A model generated the notes under the pieces. That model had not been told where the DNA came from. It ran no database searches and saw nothing but the letters and a program-made list of their open reading frames with translations. This document shows positions 14,070 through 26,249 of a stretch of DNA of 64,000 nt, one piece after another. The translations under genes were made by a program, and so were the position numbers. Each line of letters begins with the position of its first letter. Positions within the stretch are counted from its first letter, which is position 1. The DNA comes from Mobula birostris (Eukaryota). The DNA is taken from NCBI RefSeq assembly GCF_030028105.1, contig NC_092379.1, positions 21,243,309 through 21,307,308 on the forward strand, read 5' to 3'.

Positions 14070-15370
14070 TCCACTAAGTACTCTTGCCCCTTCCAGTCCA
14101 TTTTTACATCTACTGGTGGACTACATTACTTTACCGAAGTGCAAAGAGATTTGAAATGTGTCAGTAATAATGGGCACATTTTCAAGATGGGTGAAGCCAT
14201 CCCAACAAGAAAAGCTCCTGCCACACACACAGCCAAAACTCTGATTAAGGACTATAATCCGAGATGGGGAATGTCATGCCACATTGACTCTGACCAAGGA
14301 ACACATTTCACTGGAAACGTTTGTCAAGAACGGCATCATCAAACAACGGCTGACTAAGTATGAGGAGGAAGTCGTACCTGGGCCGACAGCTATTCCTTTG
14401 CTTTTATGCAGCATCAGGGCAACTCTAAATAAGAACACAAAACTGAGTCCAAATAACGGGGTGCCCTATGTCACTGCTGGGTGCACTCGATCTGAGAGAG
14501 GCTAATATACATTTTTTTGTCAGATAGTTTAGTTGACTGCTGTTCAAAACCAACACAAGCCATACGGTCTGCTTCTCAACAGCTTTCTGTTGGTTGTAGC
14601 GGTGCATCCGAATGAGGTCACACTTTGATTCCTGCCGAGTGGGTCCTGGTCAAGGAACCTTATAAGGAACCCCTGGCAGCGTGATTAGAAGGTCCTTACC
14701 AAGTAATGTTAATTACTAATTCAGCAGCTAACGTAGAAGTCAAATGTAAGTGGATGCACGCCAGCCACTGCAAATGAGTTGAAGTATCTCCAGATTAAAA
14801 CCAATACTGTGGGAAGACTTCAAGCGCAAATACAACTATTGGACATTATGACTATGAATCTATATTTTTTGCGTTTGTTTAAAAGCGATTACTCTGAATT
14901 TTCAGACGTGATTCTGCCAGAGTCAAAAGGGGGGACTGCAGGAAACCAGTATTTTTATAACATTTTTTATAAAGTTTGTACTCTTAAATGAAGTCATGTA
15001 TTTGTCACAGTGCGTGGTGGTTCATCCCCACTCACTGGCACAAAGCGGTATAGCAGTTACAGTAACGGTTTATCACCTTTCTCATTTTTCATTGGCTATT
15101 AGCACATTACCCACGTGATGTGTTTTTTTCATAATCTAGTTCATGAGCGGCTTATTCTGTATTTAAGGAATTTGTTTATCTTGTGCATAAAAGTGAGTGT
15201 TTATTTTCAGAATCGCAATCTTGGCTTCTTCGATACAACTCTTCGCATCGTTTCACAGCTCGTTATCTAATTTGCTTCCAATCTGTATGTTGTTTATATT
15301 CTAAAATAAACTGAACTATTGGGATTAAGACTGCTCGTCTTTTTTGACTCCCAGATGAACCCTAAATTTC
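14070..15370 (+). mobile_element. ERV relic 1: integrase, polypurine tract and 3' LTR (about 14937-15370)
   Basis: EAIPTRKAPATHTAKTLIKDYNPRWGMSCHIDSDQGTHFTG (IN core); LEGPYQVMLITNSA..VEVKCKWMHASHCK* (IN C-terminus, stop about 14778); PPT aaaaggggggA at 14925-14935 followed by cTG; aaaataaa near 15303; candidate CA end near 15370. Confidence 0.8.
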
Positions 15371-15505
15371 AGAAAATAAACAGAGAAGCAATACTCTCTA
15401 CCACAGCCTGTTCGGTAATAAACAATTGTCTCACGACCCTGTGGCTGGAAAAGGGAACCTGCTTGTTCCTAACACCACAATCAGTGCGCTGAAATCTGTA
15501 GGTGG

Positions 15506-15778
15506 TGTGGCGGCCCGGACACGCGGGACTCGAACCGCCATCGGGAGCCGCGGGCAGAGACGCGGTAGCGCGTTTGGAACTACCCGCCCGAGGCGGACCT
15601 TCCGGGGACAGTCTGACGTCACGTCCGCCCCGCAGGTCGCAGGGGCCCAAGGGAGGGGAGATTTAAGCGCGCGATTTTGAATCAGTAAAGGCATTCTGAG
15701 TTCAGCTCTCTCTGCCTCCGTGTGTTTCCTTAGCAGCGCGTTTGCGCCCGACTGCAGTGGTGTCCCCGACGCTGGCCA
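15506..15778 (+). mobile_element. GC-rich probable solo LTR
   Basis: TGTGGC...TGGCCA termini, atttaag at 15661, AGTAAA at 15684-15689, CRE TGACGTCA at 15614-15621, GC box at 15625-15630. Confidence 0.55.
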
Positions 15779-17329
15779 GTGTAGGGGGCATTGGTTAATG
15801 CCTCAGGATACTTCAATCCTGGTCCTTGGCAAACTTTTGCAAATGTCTTTTTAAGTATCCCGTTCATGTGTTATACCAATCCGGATGACTGGGGTTGATA
15901 CAGAATATGCATTTGTCAATTGAACACCAACGCCTGGCTAAGCGCATAGTGATTTGAGCTGTGAAGTGAGTTTCCCTGTCACTATTGATATTAGTGGGGA
16001 CTCCAGCCCTTCGGATTATGTCTCCCATGAGACACTTTACCACAGTGCGAGCGTCATCCCTCTTAGCAACAAACGCTTCGATCCACTTCGAAAACATATT
16101 CACAACCTCCAGCACATGCTTGTGTCTGTTTTGTGCAGACGTATGCACATAATGAATTTCTAAACCAGTGAAGGGTCTCTCAGGTGTTGGTAAATGATCA
16201 AACTTTGCCGGTGCGCCACGGTAGCGAGGGCACGCAGGAATCCCTCAGGACATACAACACGTCCATCTGGGTGAGACAACAAGCCAGACTCTGTCTGTGT
16301 GCAGCCATGGGAAATCCACGGGCGGATGCTTGTGCTGCACAAGCGGAAGGTTGAGTGAATCCTGATGCTGCGGGTCCTAACTAACCACAGAGGCCTGGGA
16401 TATTGTAGCTTGTTTAGCAGCGGCGTCGGCCGCGGCATCACCGCTGGAGAGTTCATCTTTTCCCTTCACACTTGACACTTGCCAGTTGTAAAGGCAATAG
16501 AATAGCTTGGAGTAAATTAATAATTAATTGAAAATATTCAACAGGTTTATCTGAAGATATGATAAATCACTTTGTTGTCAAAATCACGTGTCACTCCAAA
16601 AATATAGAGAATCAGCATCCCTGTTGCACGGGTTGGGGCGAACAATACAGCTGCCTGTGTTGAAGTACCAGACGGGAATGCATAATCCTCTCGTCTCTCA
16701 AAAGAAGAAACAATAGCATCTCCAGAAAGCATCTGTGTATCCGATGGGCGAATAGAAGATCCATCAGTAAACAGAATTAGGTCTGGATTATCAAGAGGAG
16801 TTCTGAGCAGGACAGGAGGAGGAGATGTGGTGGTTTCCACCATCGCTACACAATCATGTAAAGGTGTGTTATCCTCAAACTCGTGTAATGGAAGAAGAGA
16901 AACGAGGTTTAGTGCAGGGTCACTGTGGCAAGAAAGGTTGAGTTTAGGGAGCAACGTGACCGCATAACTTGTACACCTTACTGCTGTAAAATGCTTCGGG
17001 GCTGCTGAATTTAAAAGACGCAAAATGCACGGGGAGCCAAAACTGTACAAAGGTTATCCAATACTATCGCATTGGGCTTTTCTTCCATAACTGCAGTGGC
17101 GGCGACAGACCTTAAACGACCAGGCAAGCCCCTTACAACTAGCGGTAATTGTACAGAACAATATGCAAAGGGTCATCCAGGTTGCTGCGTTAAAATGCCG
17201 CCCGCAAACCCTTGGTGTTCATGAACAAATAATTGGACAAGAGCTGAAGAGTCAGTTATGCCCAAGGCTGGGGCAGTTGATAAAGCTGCTTTAAGAGCAT
17301 TAAAGGCTGCGTACATTTCCTGAGTCCAT

Positions 17330-19010
17330 TGTATTTCGGCAGGCAAGTCAGGTCAGGAGGTTGGCGAACAGGAGCATCCATTATTCGATATTCGGGAATC
17401 CAATGTCTACAATAAGACTAGATGGGATAGAGTTTTTCAAAGGTGTTCAAGAAAGTTTTCTTCATCTGTACTTAGAAGTCCCAACGAGAGAGTGTGCGAT
17501 ACTGGATCTGCTATTAGGGAATGAGACAGGGCAGGTGACAGAAGTTTGTGTAGGGGAACACTTTGCATCCAATGACCACAATGCCATTAGTTTCAACGTA
17601 GATATGCAAAAATATACGTCTTGTCCGTGGATTGAGAGTCTAAATTGGAGAAGGGTCAATTTTAATGGTATCAGAAATGATCTGGCAATTGTGGGTTCGG
17701 ACAGGCTCTTTTCTTGCAAAGATGTACTTGGTAAGTGGGAGGCTTCCAAAAGCGAAATATTGAAAGTACAAAGCTTGTATGTGCTTATCATAATAAAACG
17801 TAACGATAACAACTGCAGGGAACCTTGGTTTTCAAGAGATATTGAGGCCCTCGTTAAGAGAAAAAAGGAGGTGAATCGCAGGTAGAGGCAGATAGGAACA
17901 AATGGGGTGCTTATGGAGTATAAGAAATACAAGGGAACACTTAAGAGATAAATCAGGAGTGCTAAAAGAAGGCATGAAGTTGTTCTACCAGACAAAGTCA
18001 AGGAGAGTTTCAAGGGCTTCAATAGGTATGTTAAGAGCTAAAGAATTACAAAGGACAAACTTGGTTCTCTGGAAGATCAGAATTGTAATCCATGTGTGGA
18101 GCCAGAAATAATAGGGGAGATATTATTATTATTATTTGCATTTGTATTTACTCAGGAGATGGACACAGAATCTACACAAGTGAGGCAAAGTGGCATCATG
18201 AACCCTGTACAGTTTAAAGAGGAGGAGGTGTTGGCAACCCTGAGGCAAATCAGGGTGGATAGATCCCCAGGGTTTGATAAGGTGTCTCCTCGGATCTTAC
18301 AAGTGCAGAAATTGCTGGGGCTCTAGAACAGATATTTAAATTATCCTAGCGACAGGAGAGGTACCAGAGAATTGGAGGATAGCTAATGTTGTTCTGCTAT
18401 TTAAAAATGATCTAAACACAAACTAGGAAATTATAGTCCGGTGAGTCTGATCTCAGTCATGGGAAAGTTATTGGAAAGTTTTTCTCCTGTCCTGATGAAG
18501 GGTCTCGGCCCGAAATGTCGACTGTTTACTCTTTCCTATAGATGCTGCCTGGCCTGCTGAGTTCCTCTAACATTGTGTGTTGAGTATTGGGGATGGTATG
18601 TTATGTTGGTGTTGTATATTATAAGACATAATGAGAGGAGATTTGATAGAGATATATAAAATTGTGAGGAGTATAGATAGGGTTAATGCAAGCAAACTTT
18701 TCCCACCGAGGGGTTGGGGTGGGACGACAACCAAAGATCACGGCTTAAGTGTGAAAGATGAAACGTTCAAATGGAACATGAGGGAAAACTTCTTTACTCA
18801 GGGGGTCGTGAGAGTGTGGAATGAATTGTCAACACAAGTGGTGCATGCGAGCTCTTCTGCAACGTTTTCGAGAATTAAATGGATGGTAGGGGTATGGAGG
18901 ACTATGGTCCTGGCGCAGGTCGATGGGAGTCGTCAGTTTAAATTGTTTCAGCATTGACTAGATGGGTCGAAGGGCCTGATTCTGTGCTGTAATTCTGTAT
19001 GACTCTAATA
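17330..19010 (+). mobile_element. CR1 LINE with internal deletions, inserted in ERV pol
   Basis: FFKGVQESFLHLYLEVPTRECAILDLLLGN, DRSPGFDKVSPRIL, NWRIANVVLLFK, MRGDLIEIYKIVR; SINE-like tail around 18490-18580. Confidence 0.88.
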
Positions 19011-19094
19011 ATTGACCCTTCCCAAAAAGGAAAACATTTCATTTCAGGTAGGGGGAGGTGCTACATCAATAATAGGTAAAATTCGTTCTTCGGA

Positions 19095-19722
19095 AAGTTT
19101 TAGATTATGAAGACACACAGACCTCTTTTATTGTCATTTAATAATGCATGCATTATCAAATGATACAATATTTCCTCCGGTGTGATATCACAAAACACAG
19201 GAGAGACCAAGACTGAAAAAACTGACAAAACCACATAATTATAACATATAGTTACAATAGTGCAACAATACCATAACTCGATGAAGAAGTCCATGAGCAC
19301 AGTAAAAATTTCAAAGTCTCTCAAATGTCCCACACCTCACGCAGACGGGAGAAGGAAGAAAATCTCTCCCTGGCATGCCCGACCACAATCCGTCTCTGAG
19401 TCATCCGAAAACTTCGAGCCTCCGAATCAGCTCCCCAACACCGAGTACTGAGCGCCATCTCTGTCCGAACGATTCGACCTCCATCTCTGTCGCCAACAGC
19501 AGGCAAAACCGGGGATTTTGAGGCCTTCCCTCCGGAAGATTCCCGACCGCGCAGTAACGACAGCAGCGAACGAGCGTTTCAGAAATGTCTCCAGATGTTC
19601 CTCTGTGTTTTCACGTCCGTCTCCGTCAAATCAGAATTGTCCACGGCCCCTATTTAACGGCTACGATATCATTTTTCACCGGAGGGCTGCGCACGCGCGG
19701 CGCGCTGCTCTCTCTCCTCCCG
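19095..19722 (-). mobile_element. Non-autonomous retroposon with a Rex-like 3' tail, inserted in ERV RT
   Basis: GC-rich 5' head; minus-strand tail ...atgacaataaaagaggtctgtgtgtcttcataatc. No coding signature. The ERV frames resume on either side. Confidence 0.6.
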
Positions 19723-20344
19723 CCGGACTCGTTGCCGGGTTCCCTGATAATGTAGGTGTCCCAAATATTGTACGGTGGGATGAAAAAGCTGCAGTTTATT
19801 TTGGGATACCTGATGCCCCTTTTCAGCCAGGTGTATGAACAAGGCAAAAGTGTCTCTTTCATTATCGACTCGGGTGGGAGAGTCAGTCAGCTGATCATCG
19901 GCATATTGTAAAATTCTACTTTCTCCTGGCAGCCCGGGGACGATTAAATCTTGTCTGACGGCGGCGGCAGATATCGAGGGGCTCCTGGTATACCCTTAAG
20001 CAACTAGGCCCAAGTATACTGTCTACCACTGGCTGTAAGCGCAAGCAAGTACTGACTTTCCTTATGTAATGGGATGGAGAAAAACAGGTCAGAACAGAGG
20101 TCTTTAACAGAATGACATTCAGATGCGGCAGGAATCCTGAAGTGGATAACGTTAGTATCGGTACTACGGGAGAAAGAGGTACAACTACCTTGTTAATAGC
20201 CCTTAGGTCTTGTACAGAACTCCGCTCAGTATCACAACCTGGTTTCGGAATTGGTAAGATAGGAGAGAATAGCATTGGTCTTCAAACGTACTTTGCGTGG
20301 CGGGGCAGAATGTGCAAGTTCCTCGTGATTTTACACTCGTGGTT

Positions 20345-20500
20345 GATCAGGACATGAAGGGATGCGGGGTAAGACAGGAGACTGGGGCTGAGAGGAAAAC
20401 TGCATCAGCCATGCTGAAATGGTGGAGCGTCTCGATGGGCCAAATGGCCTAATTCTACACCTATACCTGATGGTTTTATGATTCTTGTGTATCAGCCACA
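20345..20500 (+). mobile_element. CR1 3' end/SINE fragment inserted in ERV pol
   Basis: atcagccatgctgaaatggtggagcgtctcgatgggccaaatggcctaattctac is the CR1-type tail also seen at 5190-5240 and 33590-33660. Confidence 0.7.
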
Positions 20501-21324
20501 GGGAGGAAGGAACCTGCGAAAGTAACAAGGGTGCGGAATGCTCAGGAAGAGAAGGGGGAGCAAGCAATTCAAACTTTGTTGTAACGAGGAAAGGGGCAAA
20601 GATTATACATCCGACTTGCGCGGAATAAAGCTGCAAAGGAGCATTAGTATTAGACAGAGCTATACACGATGTGGCGTTTAACTCCTCTAAACTCGTAAGC
20701 ATTGGTCTGGGTAGTTTAGGAGTCTCAGGGGGTTTGATGGCAATAGTGACATGAGGTGTTGAACTTGGCATTTTAAATCATTCTTTCTGTTCCTCACTTA
20801 TTGACAACGCCGCCGCTATCCCTGCTGGACCGTAATAGATGCGTCAGATGAAAGAAAGATTTTCTGCTCTATTAAGTACGGAAAGGACCTTTAGATAATA
20901 ATTCGGCCAAAATGTTTCAGTGCATTGGGAGGTGCAATATAAATGCATCAAAGGTTTTCATGTCAGAAGAAGATGTCATAGGCAGTTTAAGAGTGTCTGT
21001 ACTGCTAGACAGAGCTGTCCTGCAAGTCTATACCAACAGAAAACTCACGCGTGTCACGGAAACAGGAAATAAATTTATATTTTCTCCCGGTGTTTATTTT
21101 GCGTACACACAGTAACCTCTCCAAAATCACCATGCTTACGGGTTGCGTCATCAGTGGCAAATTTACACTGTCCCCTTAAGCATGTTTCCCTGGTAACGTT
21201 ATCGACGTCACCATCGTTTCATACCTAATCTCCCCCTGTTCCTTTGGGGATTTCTAAAGTACTTTGTTCTGCCTGCTAAATCGTTCCGTACACCACTTTC
21301 AATACTAGAGAGGGAGTACACAGG

Positions 21325-23190
21325 TTGGAGAACCTTGAAAGCCTTCTTTGATTCCCCGGTTTTCTGGTGGGAAGCCACCAAGGAGAACATCAAGAGGTTC
21401 TTCATCCGCAAGGGTATCCAGAAAGCAAGGCAGGAGCAGAGGGAACTGCGTAAACTCCAGACAGAGTTGCAGCAACTCCTCCTTCTGCAGTCGAAGGGGG
21501 TAGATGTCAGGGAGGAATTACGACAGGTCAAGGGCCGGCAAGCCCAGCACCTCGCCGCCGAATCCTCCAAGATCATCTTCCGATCAAGGGTCCAAACCGT
21601 TGAGCAGGACGAGACGTGCTCACGCTTCTTCTTCCAAAAGGTGCACGAGGGGGAGCTCTGTGATCCACAACCTTAAGGAGGAGGACGGCTCAGTCATGTC
21701 CTCGCAGACCGACGTACTGAGGATCTCCAAGTCCTTTTATGCCGGTCTGTACGACGAAAAGGCTGCAGACTCCACAGCCTCCCGCAACTTCCTGTCATCT
21801 ATCACGCAGGTCTTAGACGACGGCAAGTGGGAGAGTCTGGATCAGCCACTGACCCTGGACGAGTTGACAGGCTCCGTCCATTCCTTTGGGTCGAATAGGA
21901 CTCCCGGAGGCGACGGCCTACGGGTTGAGTTGTATTCGGCTCTGTGGAACTGGATGGGCCCTGACCTGCTGGAAGTGTACAACGCTATGCTTCTGGCCGG
22001 CAGCATGTCAGAATCCGTGAGGAAAGGCATCATCACCCTCATCTACAAGCAGAAGGGGGAAAGGGAGGACATTAGGAATTGGAGACCCATCTCTCTCCTG
22101 AATGTGGACTACAAGATCCTGTCCAAGATCATCGCCAACAGGGTCAAGTCTGCTCTGGGACAGGTGATTCACCCGGACCAAACCTGTGCTGCACCGGACT
22201 GGAAGATCTCGGACAGCCTTGCACGTACTGTCCTGCAGGCACTGCAGGAGAAGGAAGAGATGGACTCAGTGGGGTGGTTGCCTGAGCAAACTGTCTAGTA
22301 CATCTGGCAAATTGCCTCATGGCCAGACCTCACCAACATGCACAAAGACCTTGCCTGGCTGGCGGTCAGAGGGGCCCTCCCCGTCAGATCCCTCCTGTAC
22401 GCCCGGAATGTCGTCTCCACACCCCGCTGCCCACGGGAGGACTGCAATGGGGTGGAGTCAGTGACTCAACTCTTTGCACACTGTGGGTTCGCGAAGAAGG
22501 TGTGGAGGAGAATGGAAGGGACGGTGTCAAATTCATGCCCAGCAACTGCGTAACCGAGGACTCCGTGATCTACGGGCTGTTCCCGGGGACTCACACGGAG
22601 ACAAACATCCGGTGCTGTTGTCAGATCATCAATTCGGTGAAAGACGCGCTTTGGTCTGCCCGAAACTTGGTGGTCTGCCGGCACATGGAGATGTCCGTGA
22701 CTGAATGCTGCCGACTGGCTCACTCTCGCCTGCAGGAGTACGTGCTGAGGGATGCACTCAAGCTTGGTGCGGCCACCGCGAAGGCCCGGTGGGGAAGGAC
22801 CACAGTTTAAGGTTCATCACCCGTGGGAGTGTGAGGGGTTGGGTGGGGAGGAGACTAACCCTCATCAGCGGTGTGGACAGATGAATCAACATGGTGCCCC
22901 AGGAGTGGGTGGAATTGTCAATTTGGAAAAGGAATTCGAGCCAACGCCTGCCTTTATTGTTGATAATTTTATTGTTAATAAGTCTTACCTCTTGACCAAG
23001 GGTTGAGAGTAAATGAACGATTTATTGTAAACATCTTTCATTTGTATATGAACAGAGAGTCAACGCATAATTTTATTGTAAATAACTTTATTTATTAAAT
23101 AAGGACTCAGAGTCAACGAATGTTTTTTTCTTATATGTATATAACTTTATTTTGTAATAATTCTGAATAAAGTATTCTTGGAGGGAAAAA
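21325..23190 (+). mobile_element. Tx1 (L1-clade) LINE, 5'-truncated, RT core deleted
   Basis: FWWEATKENIKRFFI, DETCSRFFFQKVH, RKGIITLIYKQKGEREDIRNWRPISLLNVDYKILSKIIANR, C-terminal CPREDCNGVESVTQLFAHC zinc knuckle; aataaa and A-rich end at about 23165-23190. Confidence 0.9.
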
Positions 23191-23789
23191 AACGTCTGAA
23201 TATCTCCAGGCAGGGGCTTATCAATTTCTCAAATTTGTCCCAACCAATTATGGACGGCGCGAGGTTTCTTGATGGGAGTATGAGCAGCCTGTATCATAGC
23301 CTGAACTTCGGACGGGGTCCACGGCCGGATCACCGCGGTGATGCCAATCATAATTTTTGGATATTGCGTAACAGCATTTAGTTCTGACCGCTTCTCTTTG
23401 CCCCCTCCCTCACTTTCCCTGTTCTCCTGCGCAAATTCTAGGCAGGTCCCACTTTTTCAATCCGCTCCACTGGTGCAGAATGACCCCTAAAAATGGACTA
23501 ATCTTTTCAAGATAATTCTTTGGCTCGGGGCTGGTTTTCCTCCTGCTCCTCGGTTTCGATTGCTTGAGCATTATCAGGCGGGGGTCGGGCACTCGATTCT
23601 GTCGTATAACTTCTGCTGACATTAAAATTTCGTCCAGACTGCATTCAGGCTGGCTCGGGCTGTCTTATACTATCCAGGCAGGGATATAAACCTTCAGACG
23701 CATCCTCTTTCTTTTGTTTGGAAATCGTTTGGTCAGTCTCAGTCTTTTTATTTTGGTTTCGGAGGTTGACATCGCTTAGTTAGCTCCAG

Positions 23790-24000
23790 CCACTTAGCCA
23801 AGCAAGTCTAGTCCACCGACAATCAACTGAACGCGTACACAGCGCCAAACGAGACAACGCCTCCCCGAACCAGGGCGCAAAGCACAGCAACACACACAAC
23901 ACCCAACAGCTGAGAGTGTGAGAATAAAACATACAGATGAATTACTCACAAATAAACAAAGTAACGTGCATAAATTAAAAACGTCATCACATAATCATAA
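23790..24000 (-). mobile_element. Rex-like 3' tail fragment inserted in ERV gag
   Basis: Reverse complement ccctggttcggggaggcgttgtctcgttt resembles the tail at 13245-13280. Confidence 0.5.
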
Positions 24001-24579
24001 TCCCACGTAGGATCTGTCTCTGTTACCAGTTTCTTGTTTAAAATATCCAATTTTCCTTAAATCAAAACCCCCCCATAAGGGCGCTGGCGATGTGTCCAAC
24101 CATACAAGTCACTAGTAAAAGGAATCACATACCTGCTATCTCCAGTTTCCCACCATACCGTATCAGCAGGGGAGCCTGGCGGCACCAGCGGCTCTGCCAG
24201 GTACTTCTTCACTCGTTCAGCCTTCTGGTGCTTCTTTCTCGTCCTTTTCTTTATCTTTACAGGGAACTGTCTCTCTCCGCATTCCTCATCAATTTTACTA
24301 TTACTACTTCCCATCCTCCTTCAATCTCCTTACCCAGTCCAGCAAAACAAAAAGTCAGGCGCAAGCCCAAGTGCGAAAGAAGTCTTATTTATATAATTAT
24401 TTAAATTTACGAGATGCTGCGGTTTTCCTATATGGTCTTGCCAATCCCATCTTTCCTACCCGATCACGGGCCAGAATCAGGGGTTCTCAAAGTGGATCAC
24501 GCAACGGGGTGGGGTGGGGGGCTAACTCGAAGGTATCTTTGTGACGCTCAGTTACTCTATCGTTCGATCTCGTTTTGTA

Positions 24580-24601
24580 GGGATCCTGCTAGACTACGCC
24601 A
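24580..24601 (-). promoter_or_regulatory. Retroviral primer binding site, tRNA-Ser-like
   Basis: Minus strand reads TGGCGTAGTCTAGCAGGATCCC, 3 nt after the LTR CA. The complement of the vertebrate tRNA-Ser(AGA/TGA) 3' end, as I recall it, is TGGCGTAGTCGGCAGGATTC. Confidence 0.75.
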
Positions 24602-26249
24602 ATTTGTCAGAGAAGTTTTAAAATGAAGCTCGATACCAACATTCATGAGGCGATTTTTTTACTTTAGCATGATACCACGAAGTGTCCACGTGGAACTCCA
24701 AGTTACGAGGAATCGTAACTCGTAGCGCTTGTGTTTATATCTAGGAGCGAAACAAGTGAGCGAAACCAACCTTCCTCGCCCCCCATAGCAAGACAAAAAG
24801 TTGATTAGTGCCTCATCCATCAGCCCTTATCTTGTGCAGCTCTCTCTCTAATGAGGGGTTTCGGCCTGAATGATCATATTAGTTATGCAGACTTGGAACT
24901 TAATCGGGAAACACGGAATGTCCACAAGGTCACAAAGCTTTAGCAACATACAGTTATTTGAACCCTATATTCGAAATTTTCTTCCACATGGGATCACAGA
25001 GGCTTTCTTCTGAAACTTGAGCAAATCCCGGCTTGAATTCAAATAGGAAACATTTATTTTAATGAGAAAGAGAAAGGAAAAAAAAAACCTTCGGAAATGT
25101 GCGATGGACATGTAAGAAGTAAAGCCAAATTGAGTGGAATCATCTGGGACAAGAACCCAGTGTCTGTCCAGATGCAGAGTGTCCACTTGAAATGTTTTCC
25201 CTTCCTTTCCTTGCACAGTTGTTGTCTAACCTGCTGAGTTCATCTTGCAGTCTGAGTTTTCCACCAGATTCTAGCGTCTGCAGTCTCCTCTGTCTTCAAG
25301 AGAATTCTCTTCCTGGTGAAATGCATAGAACATGGACTCCTCATCACCAACAAACTGCACTGTGAGAGACAAGTGAAAGACTTCATTGAAACATATTTGA
25401 TCCAAGTCCGGGCACCTCATAGATATCATCGTCTTTGGGACAAGAAGCATTGAGGTTGTTGGAAAGATAGGAGGTGACAGCAGCTGGACAGACTGTTTAA
25501 TCACTGAGAATCACTGATTGAATACTGTGGAAGAAAGTCAATTTGCCTATTAAAGTGCCTGGTGGCTGCATTCACGAGCAAACCAGCAGATCTCCCTGTC
25601 TTGTCTCTCACTTATTTTGCAGTTTGTCTTCCTTACAAAATTCCATTTCCCTTTTGAATATCACAGTTGGATCAGCACCCTCTATAAGGCACAGCAGTGA
25701 TTTCTAGACACATGCCTCTCACTGCATAGATCATTCCTTCCTGATGTGACTCTGATTCTTTTGTCAACCCTACTCATTCTGCAGCCTCTACATTCACCGA
25801 TATCCGGGACGCTGGAGGTCTCCTGGACTTCTCATATTGGGATTCGATTCGATTGGGCCACTGGAAAAAGCTGAAAGCTTGCTAACACTCCACTGACCAC
25901 TGGAAAAAGCCCAAAGCCCACAAATGCTACTTTTGAGCTCTCTCGCCATGGCCTGTGTGTAGACTCGTCTCTTGATTCAAGTGGGCAACGGGATAGACTT
26001 CAGTAGAGCTGGCAGCACTCATATCCCCCTTTACATTGGCAACACATTGACAAGCAGTTTCATACTCCAGGGAATGCACATCACACACAAACTCTCATGG
26101 TCCCAAAACACAATCTACACAACCAGGGAAGCTCACTTTTGCCTTTGCTTTCCGAGAAAGCTGAAGAGAGCTGGAAATCCACATCACTTCATTGTATAGA
26201 TGTGTGGTAGAGAACATCTTAACAAGCTGAAACTTGGTTAATGGATGGC

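Larger units (their letters stand above)
15780..24830 (-). mobile_element. ERV relic 2 (fish epsilon-like type): 5' LTR, PBS, gag, pol; fragmented by nested insertions
   Basis: LTR end CA at plus 24605-24606; PBS at 24580-24601; gag start MGSSNSK (24314); RPWTPSEVQAMI capsid-like motif (about 23290-23325); RT SPILPIPKPG...VQDLRAINKVV, FFSIPLHKESQY and QYADD (19894-19905); RNase H ILFTDGSS (ORF 16547-17050); IN VNMFSKWIEAF...INSDRETHFTAQ (ORF 15864-16148). Confidence 0.88.

Noticed and set aside
15510-15545. tRNA gene suggested by the GGTTCGAGTCC T-loop
   Set aside because: No cloverleaf or A-box context is evident; it lies within an LTR-like element.
17462-18022. Long antisense ORFs over CR1 or Gypsy copies (also 54485-54922, 47433-47939, 48015-48644, 48719-49294)
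   Set aside because: They are shadow ORFs of TE coding strands with no independent motifs.
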